Assembly (NCBI GenBank): GCA_964448395.1
Contig: CAYUWM010000006.1
Span: forward strand, 1 to 44,177
Reading direction: 5' to 3'
DNA: 44,177 nt
Source: an uncultured Dehalococcoidales bacterium
GTDB taxonomy: Bacteria > Chloroflexota > Dehalococcoidia > E44-bin15
Positions within the stretch are counted from its first letter, which is position 1; every line of letters begins with the position of its first letter. Positions 9,791 through 18,182 of the stretch are shown piece by piece. Position numbers and translations under genes: made by a program. The notes below the pieces were generated by a model. It ran no database searches and was not told where the DNA came from. It was given only the letters and a program-made list of their open reading frames with translations.

Positions 9791-10612
9791 TTACTGGCTT
9801 TCCTGGTCCCCTTTTAAGAAACCCAAGACCTCTCTATTGAACCGTCCGCTCATCTCCACGAAAAACGCGTGCGAGCCTCCCTCGAACTTCACCAGCCTAG
9901 CACCGATAATCCTGTCCGCCAAAGTCTCGGAAGAGGTGAACGGTATTATCCTGTCGCCGGTCCCAACTATCACCAGTGTGGGGGCCTTGATATCACGCAA
10001 ACGATCCAACGTGCTATGAGAGTTGGCCGCTCTGAGCTGTCCTTTGATCCCACCGACCCCAATATACCTGAGAAAAACCTTGAAAATGGGAACTATACAG
10101 AGCTGGAACAATCTCCTGTTGAAAGCCAGGGAGGTTACCGCGCCCATTACCTGCTGCAGATCCTTATTTGCCAATGCTTCAAGATCTTCTGCGGAAGCAC
10201 CCGCCTCCAAACCCATCTCCCGCACTACACTGTCATTGATATTCCCCGTATCAGCGGTGGTACATACCAGCACAAGCTTATCGACCCTCTCCGGGTAGTT
10301 GATGGCCAACTCCTGAGCAATCATCCCGCCCAAAGAGGTCCCTACTATATGTGCCTTATCGATTCCCAGGTGATCCATCAGGCCGATTGTATCATCCGCC
10401 ATTGTCCTTACAGTATATGGCTCATTAGGTTTGCTGCTCTTCCCCACACCCCTGTTATCGAAAATGACCACCCTGTAGTGCTTCCTGAAAGCGTTTAGCT
10501 GGAAGAACCACCCTGACCCCGGGCCACCAAGACCCATTATGAAAACCAGTGGCTCCCCCTTGCCGTGTACTTCGTAATATATATTGACTCCGTTTACCTT
10601 TGTTCTAGGCAT
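9791..10612 (-). CDS. Alpha/beta-fold hydrolase (enol-lactonase/esterase-like)
   Basis: GTSLGG nucleophile elbow, 'FDNRGVG', Asp in 'GTGDRI', His in 'GSHAF'. Start moved to the ATG at 10612, which follows an AGGAG RBS. Confidence 0.88.
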   Translation of the reverse strand: MPRTKVNGVNIYYEVHGKGEPLVFIMGLGGPGSGWFFQLNAFRKHYRVVIFDNRGVGKSSKPNEPYTVRTMADDTIGLMDHLGIDKAHIVGTSLGGMIAQELAINYPERVDKLVLVCTTADTGNINDSVVREMGLEAGASAEDLEALANKDLQQVMGAVTSLAFNRRLFQLCIVPIFKVFLRYIGVGGIKGQLRAANSHSTLDRLRDIKAPTLVIVGTGDRIIPFTSSETLADRIIGARLVKFEGGSHAFFVEMSGRFNREVLGFLKGDQESQ

Positions 10613-10731
10613 TACGCCACTCCTTACTGCTAAATTACACAATACTGAGGCTACTTTAACCACGCGACAGCAGTAATGTCAATAGCATAAAGTAATATCG
10701 ATACCTGCCCCATATACGCCGCAGGAGCACC

Positions 10732-10760
10732 TTGACAGCATCTCTAGGATATAGTAAACT
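10732..10760 (+). promoter_or_regulatory. Sigma70-type promoter for the methyltransferase operon leader
   Basis: TTGACA (10732-10737), 17-nt spacer, TAAACT (10755-10760). Confidence 0.65.
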
Positions 10761-10939
10761 CTATAGAGTAGGTATGTAACATGTGATGATTTGCCATTGA
10801 GGTGTCTGGATCCGTATTGAGAATCACCCCCCACGAAGAATTAAACTCCACTCCCCTTCACTTTAAAACCTCAAATAGCCCCCGGCACTGGCCCCCTGTT
10901 TCCCCCAGAATCACCCTCCGTAAACTTACCTCCTAAGCT

Positions 10940-11187
10940 AGCCACATTCCTACTGTGGCTCCGAGAGAGAACGGAATCTCGTGGGTGAAAGCCCCATGAG
11001 ACCGGCGAGAACGGCGTCTTAGAGGGCGTTGAAGGATGACGGCGGATTCGGGTTGCCTGAGGCAAATGGTGCAGCGACTCATCTGGTGAACGCTGAACCT
11101 TCTTTGACCGACGGCGAGAACAAGAAAACAAGCAATGCTAAATGAATACCGTGCCCCGGAACGAAGGTGCCTCGACAGGTCCTTTTT
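10940..11187 (+). ncRNA. Putative structured RNA resembling group IIC intron domain I, without domain V or an RT ORF
   Basis: Hairpins AGCCACA/TGTGGCT, CTCGTGGGT-GAAA-GCCCCATGAG and TTGCC-TGA-GGCAA. Ordered motifs GGGTGAAAGCCCC, CCGGCGAG, TTAG, GAAGGA, GGCGG, CCTGAGG, AAAACAA, AATAC, CGGAACG and CGACAGG match my recollection of IIC intron domain I. Confidence 0.5.
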
Positions 11188-11233
11188 CAGGCTATGGTAT
11201 GCATTGCGGGCTGGTCAGGCAGGGGGATAGATC

Positions 11234-11917
11234 ATGGTTGATTCTATGAAGGATTTCAAAATAGAGCTCGATGAGAAGAGCGTATACCGCATCCTCGGCT
11301 ATTCCAATGGACACAAGCCAAAATCTTCTATCCGCTCGCTGGTGGACACGGAGATGGCACAGGCCTACGATCTCATCCACCCGTCATGTTCCTACCAGAT
11401 AATGGATATCAAGCGAATACGCCGACCCAGAGTCAACCTGGTTAACGGAACAAATATAACCCTCACCAGCGAGGTTCTGAGCTGGGGGCTACATCACTGC
11501 GAGCAGGCGGTCATATTCGTAGCCAGCATCGGACAGGCACTGGAGGCAAGGGTAACGCAACTGATGGCTGATGGTCAGAGCGGGAAGGCAGTCATACTCG
11601 ATGCCATAGGCTCCGAAGCCACAGAGAAAACGGTATGCTATCTCCAAGACCAGATCCGAGAGGTCGCCAAATTTGATGACGGAGAATCCACGCTGCGTTA
11701 CAGCCCCGGCTATTGCGATTGGGACATCACCCAGCAGAAGGTACTGTTTAAAGCAATGGACTCTATCCCCACGCAGGTGAGCCTCAGCGACGAGTGTGTC
11801 ATGACGCCCCGTAAGTCCGTCTCCGGCATCATCGGACTGGGGTGGAGCGAGAAGCCCCGCCTCAGGCTTTCACCGTGCCGATTCTGCACCCGACAGGATT
11901 GTAAAAACAGGAGGTAG
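11234..11917 (+). CDS. MetH reactivation-domain-like protein of corrinoid methyltransferase operons, with a C-terminal Cys cluster
   Basis: 'ILDAIGSEA.E', 'RYSPGYCDW', 'CVMTPRKSVSGIIG', C-terminal 'PCRFCTRQDCKNRR'. Confidence 0.8.
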   Translation: MVDSMKDFKIELDEKSVYRILGYSNGHKPKSSIRSLVDTEMAQAYDLIHPSCSYQIMDIKRIRRPRVNLVNGTNITLTSEVLSWGLHHCEQAVIFVASIGQALEARVTQLMADGQSGKAVILDAIGSEATEKTVCYLQDQIREVAKFDDGESTLRYSPGYCDWDITQQKVLFKAMDSIPTQVSLSDECVMTPRKSVSGIIGLGWSEKPRLRLSPCRFCTRQDCKNRR

Positions 11918-11918
11918 T

Positions 11919-13352
11919 TTGGTCAGAAAAGGTCTGGAAGGCGGTAGATATAAACCGCTATCAGAAGAAGATATCAGCCGTATCCACGAAACTGCGATGA
12001 GGGTTTTCGAGGAGGTGGGGGTCCAGGTCAACTCCGAGAAGGCCTTAAACTATTTCCGGGATGCCGGAGCCAAGATCGATGACCACGTCGTAAAGCTGCC
12101 TCGGGAGACGGTGATGGGTCTCATCAGCAGGGCGCCGTCCGAGATCACCCTTTACGGTCGCGATCCAAAGCATAATCTGCATCTTGGTGATGCCAGGGTC
12201 TACGCCGGCACGGGCGGCACCGCCCTCAACATCATCGACGGCGTCTCCGGCGAGAGGCGTCGCGCCACACTCCAAGACCTGAAAAACATCGCCAAACTGG
12301 TCGACAGCCTGGGAAACATCCACTTCTTCCTTTTGCCGACTTACCCCGATGACGTCCCGACAGATATAGTGGATGTCAACCGTTTCTTTGCCGGCCTGGA
12401 CAACACCTCCAAGCACATTATGGGCGGGGTCTACACCCGTGAGGGGCTCCAGGATGTGCTCCGCATGGCACAGATTGTCGCCGGCTCGGCAGATGAACTG
12501 CAGCGGCACCCCGTAATTTCACTTATATTATGTGCCATCAGCCCGCTGATGATAGATAGCGCCTATGGCGACATGATAATCGCCGTGGCCCAGGCCGGCA
12601 TCCCCGTAGCCCTTCCCGCAGAACCCCTGTGCGGCTCTACCTCCCCGGTAACCCTCGCCGGTAACACTGTCATCCAAACCGTAGATTCGCTGGCAGAGGT
12701 ATGCCTCACCCAACTGGTTAACCCCGGCACACCGGCGATATTTGGCTCCGTAGCTTCCAGCAACGACTTCCGCGATCTAAAATACATCACCGGATGCATC
12801 GAGATGGGGCTGCTCAACACCGCCAGCGCCCAGATGGCCCAGCTCTACAAGCTGCCATTCTATGCCACCGCCGGCATGTCCGACTCCAAGGTGGTCGATG
12901 CCCAGTGCGGCTACGAATCTGCCCTATCCCTTCTGCTGTGCGCCCTGGGTGGGGCAAACTACATCCATGATGCTGCCGGGTTGATGGACTTCGCCCTCAG
13001 CGTGAGCCTGGAGAAGTACGTGACCGACAATGAGATCATCGGCATGGTGATGCGGGCGGTGGAGGGGATAAAGGTAAACGATGATACTCTGGCCTTCGAC
13101 CTGATTAAAGATGCCGGCCCCGCGGGGCACTTCATCTACGCCAGGCATACCCGCAAGCACATCCGCAGCGAGCACTACCAGCCCGCCCTCAGCGACAGGG
13201 ACCATTTCAGCGACTGGCAGGCTAAGGGCAAGCCAGACACCGCCGCCAGGGCAAAGGCCAGGGCTGAAAAGATACTTTCCGAACCCGGATATCGGCTGCC
13301 GGAGGATACACGCCGGCAAATAATCGCCGAGATACCGGGGATAATAGATTGA
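11919..13352 (+). CDS. Non-pyrrolysine trimethylamine methyltransferase family (MttB/COG5598) protein 1
   Basis: 'IHETAMRVFEEVGV', 'GSTSPVTLAG', 'AGMSDSKVVDAQCGYE', 'IHDAAG', 'GPAGHF'. No in-frame TAG. TTG start. Confidence 0.9.
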   Translation: MVRKGLEGGRYKPLSEEDISRIHETAMRVFEEVGVQVNSEKALNYFRDAGAKIDDHVVKLPRETVMGLISRAPSEITLYGRDPKHNLHLGDARVYAGTGGTALNIIDGVSGERRRATLQDLKNIAKLVDSLGNIHFFLLPTYPDDVPTDIVDVNRFFAGLDNTSKHIMGGVYTREGLQDVLRMAQIVAGSADELQRHPVISLILCAISPLMIDSAYGDMIIAVAQAGIPVALPAEPLCGSTSPVTLAGNTVIQTVDSLAEVCLTQLVNPGTPAIFGSVASSNDFRDLKYITGCIEMGLLNTASAQMAQLYKLPFYATAGMSDSKVVDAQCGYESALSLLLCALGGANYIHDAAGLMDFALSVSLEKYVTDNEIIGMVMRAVEGIKVNDDTLAFDLIKDAGPAGHFIYARHTRKHIRSEHYQPALSDRDHFSDWQAKGKPDTAARAKARAEKILSEPGYRLPEDTRRQIIAEIPGIID

Positions 13353-13359
13353 GGTTATC

Positions 13360-14166
13360 ATGCTGATCATCGGGGAGAAGATAAACGCCACCAGCAAACG
13401 TGTGGCTGAGGCTATAATTAACAAGGATGCCTCCTTCCTTCAGGGGCTGGCCCAGCGACAGGTGGAGGCCGGTGCCGACTACATCGACGTGAATACGGGC
13501 ACCGGGCAGGGTAGGGATCAGGAGATAACCGACCTCAAGTGGGCGATAGATGTGGTGCGACAAGCCGTCGACGCACCGCTATGCCTCGACAGCTCCGATC
13601 CCCAGGCATTAGCAGCGGCAACGGCACATTATACGGGGTCCGAGCTGATAATCAACTCGGTGAACGCGGAGAAGGACAGACTGGATCCCATCGGCCGGGC
13701 GGCGGCCGAGCGCGGGGCGGGAGTGATAGCCCTGGTCATGGGGGAAGGGGGCATACCCCGCACGGTCGATGAGCGGGTTGCCGCCGCCGACCTTATTATG
13801 AATCACTTGAAACAGCTCGGCGTGAAAGAGGAGCAGGTCTATTTCGATCCCCTGGTGCTTCCCATCTCCGTAGACACCGAGCAGGGGCTGGTAACGCTCC
13901 AGACCATTGAGCAGATCAAGTCGCGGTACCCGTCGGCCAAGACTGTGGTCGGGCTGAGCAACATCTCTTACGGGCTGCCCCAGAGGGGCATAATCAACCG
14001 CGCCTTCCTGCTGATGGCGGCCGCGGTAGGGCTGGACGCCGCGATAATGGACCCCACCGATATGCGGATGATGAGCATGGTCCGGGTCTCCGATATGCTC
14101 ATCGGGAAAGACCCGGCATGCAAAGGCTTTATCAAGGCACATCGTAAGGGTATGCTACCTGAGTAA
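13360..14166 (+). CDS. Methyltetrahydrofolate:corrinoid methyltransferase (AcsE / MetH pterin-binding domain)
   Basis: 'IIGEKIN', 'GADYIDVN', 'PLCLDS', 'INSVNAE', 'YFDPLVLP', 'GLSNISYGLP'. Confidence 0.92.
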   Translation: MLIIGEKINATSKRVAEAIINKDASFLQGLAQRQVEAGADYIDVNTGTGQGRDQEITDLKWAIDVVRQAVDAPLCLDSSDPQALAAATAHYTGSELIINSVNAEKDRLDPIGRAAAERGAGVIALVMGEGGIPRTVDERVAAADLIMNHLKQLGVKEEQVYFDPLVLPISVDTEQGLVTLQTIEQIKSRYPSAKTVVGLSNISYGLPQRGIINRAFLLMAAAVGLDAAIMDPTDMRMMSMVRVSDMLIGKDPACKGFIKAHRKGMLPE

Positions 14167-14190
14167 GAGCTAACGATAGCGAGGTATGAA

Positions 14191-15723
14191 TTGGCTAGAG
14201 AAGGTATATTAATACAGAATCCCCTTACCCGGTTGAACCGGGAACAGGTAGAGAGAATCCACCGGGCTTCAATGGACATATTACTCGACCCCGGACTGCT
14301 AAGCTTCAACAAAGAGGCTGCCGAGATATTCGGCAGCAACGGCGCAGATGTCACGCCGATCACCCCCAGCGATCACCCCTGCTGGCGGGTGAAGATGCCG
14401 CAGAAGCTGGTGATGGACGCCATCGACAGCGCGCCCAAGACTGTGAAGCTGGGGGCGAGGAACCCGGACAACACGCTGATCTTGAAAGGCGACGAGCCGA
14501 GGGTGCATTTCATAACCGGGTCGGAGACCAATATCTGGCTCGACGTCGACTTCCCAACCTACGTGAAGAAAGACGATCACAATATCGAGATCCAGTTGCC
14601 GCAGTTCAAACCCAGACGAGGAACGCTTGCCGACCTGTGCGACTCGGCGCACGTTTGTGAGCACCTCCAGACGGTGGACGGGTATATCCGCACCGTGAAT
14701 ATACAGGACAAGGACATCACCGAGGAAAACAAGGACGTCAATAAATTCTTCGCCTCACTGAACCACAATACCAAGCACTTCATGTCGGGACTGACCAGCC
14801 TGAGCCAGCTGGACAACGTGGTTAAGATGGCCCGGATAATCGCTGGGGGCGAGGAAAAGTTGAAGGAGAACCCGATCATCTCTTTCATAACCTGCCTGGT
14901 CAAGAGCCCCCTCCAGTTCGTCGAGGATACCACCGACACCTTCATGGAGGTATGCAAACGGGGGCTTCCCATTGTGGTCTCATCCTCGCCCCAGGCGGGG
15001 AGCACCGCCCCCATCAAGGAAGCCGGCATCATGGCCCAGATAAATGCCGAAGTGCTGGCCGGCATCACCCTCGGCCAGCTGGTGAACCGGGGAGCCCCGG
15101 TGATATACGGCAGCGTTCCGGTCAGGGCGCGCATGGACACCCTCGGCGATTCATACGGTGCCGTCGAGACCAGCCAGTACAATGTGGACTGCGCGCAGAT
15201 GGCCCGGTTCTATAGCATGCCCAACTATTCCACATCGGGTGTTTGCGATACCAAGGTACCGGGGCAGCAGGCCTCGATCGAGAGGTTGTTCTCAGACATA
15301 CTGGTCACCTTGAGCGGGCCCCAGTACCTGCACTGCGCGTTCGGCCTCCTCGACTGCAACTCCGTCTTCTGCCTGCTCCAGGCCGTCATCGACGACGCCC
15401 ACTTCCAGATGATCAAATTCTTCCTCAGGCAGCCGCGGATCGACGAAACCGAGATTTCCACCACCCTGAAGCAGATAAGAGAGGTGGTGCAGACACCGCA
15501 AAAGCTGTATATCAGCTACATCCGCAAGGTTATGCGCAGCGGGGAGCTCTCCCCGTCCTATCCTTTCGAGGGGGGAAGCGAGGGCGACGACGTGTTCCGG
15601 CTGGCATACGAAAAAATGAACGAGCTGCTCGCCAAGCCGGTGGAGCATATAGATAAGAATACCATCGCCAGGATATTCAGTGAAATACCCGGCATACTGC
15701 CGAGGCTGAACGTTTACGGATAA
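14191..15723 (+). CDS. Non-pyrrolysine MttB-family methyltransferase 2 (divergent)
   Basis: 'IHRASMDIL', 'AGSTAPI', 'AEVLAGITLGQLVNRGAPVIYG', 'SGVCDTK'. No amber codon. TTG start. Confidence 0.85.
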   Translation: MAREGILIQNPLTRLNREQVERIHRASMDILLDPGLLSFNKEAAEIFGSNGADVTPITPSDHPCWRVKMPQKLVMDAIDSAPKTVKLGARNPDNTLILKGDEPRVHFITGSETNIWLDVDFPTYVKKDDHNIEIQLPQFKPRRGTLADLCDSAHVCEHLQTVDGYIRTVNIQDKDITEENKDVNKFFASLNHNTKHFMSGLTSLSQLDNVVKMARIIAGGEEKLKENPIISFITCLVKSPLQFVEDTTDTFMEVCKRGLPIVVSSSPQAGSTAPIKEAGIMAQINAEVLAGITLGQLVNRGAPVIYGSVPVRARMDTLGDSYGAVETSQYNVDCAQMARFYSMPNYSTSGVCDTKVPGQQASIERLFSDILVTLSGPQYLHCAFGLLDCNSVFCLLQAVIDDAHFQMIKFFLRQPRIDETEISTTLKQIREVVQTPQKLYISYIRKVMRSGELSPSYPFEGGSEGDDVFRLAYEKMNELLAKPVEHIDKNTIARIFSEIPGILPRLNVYG

Positions 15724-15731
15724 GGGAGGGC

Positions 15732-16421
15732 ATGATGAGTGAAGATATTATCGCCGCACTCAAAGAGAACGTCATACAGGGGCGAAAGACCGCGGAAGAC
15801 GAAGGGATAGACGAGGACCTGACCGGTCCCGGTGTATTGGAGCTCACGCAGCAGGCGATAGACAGCAAGATACCGCCGGACAGGATAATCAAAGAGGGGT
15901 TGACCGCCGGTATGCAGGTGGTGGGGGAGAAGTTCTCGACCAAGGAGTATTTCATCCCCGACATGCTGGCCTCCGCCGATGCGGTAGGCGCAGCCATGGA
16001 TATCCTCAAGCCGCTACTCGAGTCGGCAAACGTCGAGACCAAGGGGAAATTCGCCATAGCCACGGTGCAAGGGGATATCCACGATATCGGCAAAAACATC
16101 GTCGCTATTCTTCTCAAAGGCGCCGGATACGAAGTGAGCGACCTGGGCATAGACGTGCCCGCTGAGAAAATAGTGGAGTACGTGAAGAACGAGAACCCCG
16201 ATTACCTGGGGCTCTCCGCCCTGCTGACCACCACCATGGTGGCGATGGGGCAGGTCATCGAAGCCCTGAAGGCCGCCGGCCTGAGGGACAAGGTCAAGGT
16301 GCTCATCGGCGGTGCGGCGGTATCCGAAGATTTTGCCCGCGAGATCGGGGTGGACGCATACTGCCTGGACGGTTTCGAGGCGGTCAAGGTGCTGGATGCG
16401 TTCCGAGAAGGTAAAATTTAG
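15732..16421 (+). CDS. Cognate corrinoid (B12-binding) protein, MttC/MtgC-like
   Basis: DxHxxG in 'QGDIHDIGKNIV', 'LGLSALLTTTM', 'LIGGAAV'. Confidence 0.95.
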   Translation: MMSEDIIAALKENVIQGRKTAEDEGIDEDLTGPGVLELTQQAIDSKIPPDRIIKEGLTAGMQVVGEKFSTKEYFIPDMLASADAVGAAMDILKPLLESANVETKGKFAIATVQGDIHDIGKNIVAILLKGAGYEVSDLGIDVPAEKIVEYVKNENPDYLGLSALLTTTMVAMGQVIEALKAAGLRDKVKVLIGGAAVSEDFAREIGVDAYCLDGFEAVKVLDAFREGKI

Positions 16422-16455
16422 GATATGACAACATTCGATTAAGGAGGTCTTGAGC

Positions 16456-17937
16456 ATGGCTGGAATTGCTGGAATTCTGGGTGCAGACAACGGACAGTTA
16501 GACCAGATGCTGGAGAGGACCAAGCACCGCGGTCCTCACGGTACATGGACCAACCGTGATGGACAAGTATCCATAGGATGCAACGAGCTGAACGTAGGTG
16601 CCGACTGCAAGGACGATTCGCATCACGCTTCCGACGGCAAGATAGCGGTGGTCATCGACGGACGCGTATACAACGACGATAAGGGTGAAAAAACCGATGC
16701 CGAGGCTCTACTGGACCTGTACAAAAAATACGGCACCAATTTTGCCAAGAAGCTGGATGGTGATTTCGCCTGCGCCGTATCCGACAATGGAAAGGTGACA
16801 CTGGCGCGCGACTGGGCCGGTGTAAAACCGATCTACTACGGCCACAACAACGGGAGTCTGTACTTTGCATCGGAGGCAAAGGCACTGGTGGGCATTGCGG
16901 AGGATGTAAAGGAGTTCCCACCGGGCTATGTTTATTCACGCGAACTGGGCTTCCAGCGGTTCTCCCTCGACGAGAATGAGACACCCGAATTCGAGAGCTT
17001 CGAACAGGCTAAGAAGGTGGTGAAACAACTGCTCATCGAGGCCACCGAGAAGCGGATGAAGGACAACTCGGTTAAGGGCGTGCTGCTCAGCGGCGGCCTG
17101 GACTCCAGCCTGATAACCTACATGGCAGCCCAGATAAAGCCGGATATAGAATGTTACACCGTAAGCATGGAGCAAGGCCAGGATCTGCCTCTGGCAAAGG
17201 ACGTTACTGAATACCTTGGGCTAAAGCACCATATCCTGATGTTCAGCGAGAAGGAGATAAACGAGATACTGCCACTGGCCATCCACCACCAGGAGATGTA
17301 CGAGGAAAGCTGCGTGCACGGCGCCATCGCCAATTTCATAGCGGGTCGATTCGTCAGCCCCATGGCCAAGTGCGTGTTCACCGGTGAAGGTGCGGATGAG
17401 TTATTCGATGGTTACGACGGACAATATAAAAAAGGCAACAATCCCGAAGAGGTAGCCGGTATCTGCGACAACCTGATAAACGTGGCCCACAATACAGCCT
17501 TGCAGCGGCTCGACAGGTTAAACGCCGCCAATGCCTATGAAAGCCGCACCCCGTTCCTCGACAACAGGGTGATGGGATTCAGCCTCAAGATACCGCTGGA
17601 GCACAAGATCCACGGCGAGGAGCAGACCGGCAAGTGGGTGGTGCGCAAGGCCTTCGAGGGCTGCCTGCCCGAACACATAATATTCCAGACCAAGCGTTTC
17701 TTCGCCCAGGGCTCGGGGGTGGCCTACATCATGCGGCAGCAGGCTGAGAAGCATATTACAGAGGCCGAGCTGGCAGAGTTCAACCGAACCGAGGGCAACC
17801 CCCATCTCGAATCGGTGGAGGAGCTGTACTACTACCGGATATTCAAAGAGACGCTTCCCGGCCCTCAATACGATCGGCTGGTGGGCAGATGGGACCCCCT
17901 GAGGCCGGATTTCTTCCTGAGGCAGGCGGGGGTATAG
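16456..17937 (+). CDS. Asparagine synthetase B-like ATP-dependent amide ligase lacking glutaminase catalytic residues
   Basis: PP-loop 'LLSGGLDSSL', 'GEGADELF.GY' and 'RTPFLD' intact. N-terminus is MAGIAG instead of MCGI, and 'DGRVYN' replaces NGEIYN. ATG at 16456 lies 8 nt after AAGGAGG. Confidence 0.88.
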   Translation: MAGIAGILGADNGQLDQMLERTKHRGPHGTWTNRDGQVSIGCNELNVGADCKDDSHHASDGKIAVVIDGRVYNDDKGEKTDAEALLDLYKKYGTNFAKKLDGDFACAVSDNGKVTLARDWAGVKPIYYGHNNGSLYFASEAKALVGIAEDVKEFPPGYVYSRELGFQRFSLDENETPEFESFEQAKKVVKQLLIEATEKRMKDNSVKGVLLSGGLDSSLITYMAAQIKPDIECYTVSMEQGQDLPLAKDVTEYLGLKHHILMFSEKEINEILPLAIHHQEMYEESCVHGAIANFIAGRFVSPMAKCVFTGEGADELFDGYDGQYKKGNNPEEVAGICDNLINVAHNTALQRLDRLNAANAYESRTPFLDNRVMGFSLKIPLEHKIHGEEQTGKWVVRKAFEGCLPEHIIFQTKRFFAQGSGVAYIMRQQAEKHITEAELAEFNRTEGNPHLESVEELYYYRIFKETLPGPQYDRLVGRWDPLRPDFFLRQAGV

Positions 17938-17940
17938 CCC

Positions 17941-18075
17941 GTAAAATCAGCCAAAAAGATTCTGTTCGTCCACCTCGAGGATTACTGGAACCGCAGCTAC
18001 GACGACTACTGCTCGTTAGAAAAAGATAACCCCAACATCCGCTTCGCCCATGACGGCATGCGTCTGACAGTGTAA
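17941..18075 (+). pseudogene. Orphan C-terminal fragment, probably of an MBL-fold (PhnP-like) hydrolase
   Basis: Translates VKSAKKILFVHLEDYWNRSYDDYCSLEKDNPNIRFAHDGMRLTV*. No start codon or RBS. The ending resembles MBL-fold 'F(A)xDG' termini. Confidence 0.5.
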
Positions 18076-18120
18076 AGAGCCAACCAACCCTAAAAACAGC
18101 TAGCGATTAGTTCATTCCGC

Positions 18121-18149
18121 TTGACAGTCGAGTATAATCAAGATATAAG
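18121..18149 (+). promoter_or_regulatory. Sigma70-type promoter for the PAS/GGDEF/HD-GYP gene
   Basis: TTGACA (18121-18126), 17-nt spacer, TATAAG (18144-18149). Confidence 0.6.
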
Positions 18150-18182
18150 ATGAAACAGTGACGCATCAGCTAAGGATCTTTT

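Noticed and set aside
10960-11187. Cobalamin, SAM-I, glycine, THF or c-di-AMP riboswitch
   Set aside because: Despite the B12 operon context I could not find the B12 box or the other consensus cores. The motif order fits group IIC domain I better. An Infernal run is needed to settle it.
17935-18075. Pyrrolysine readthrough of the asnB-like TAG
   Set aside because: No pyl genes in the window, neither MttB has an amber codon, and the downstream peptide looks like a fragment of an unrelated gene.
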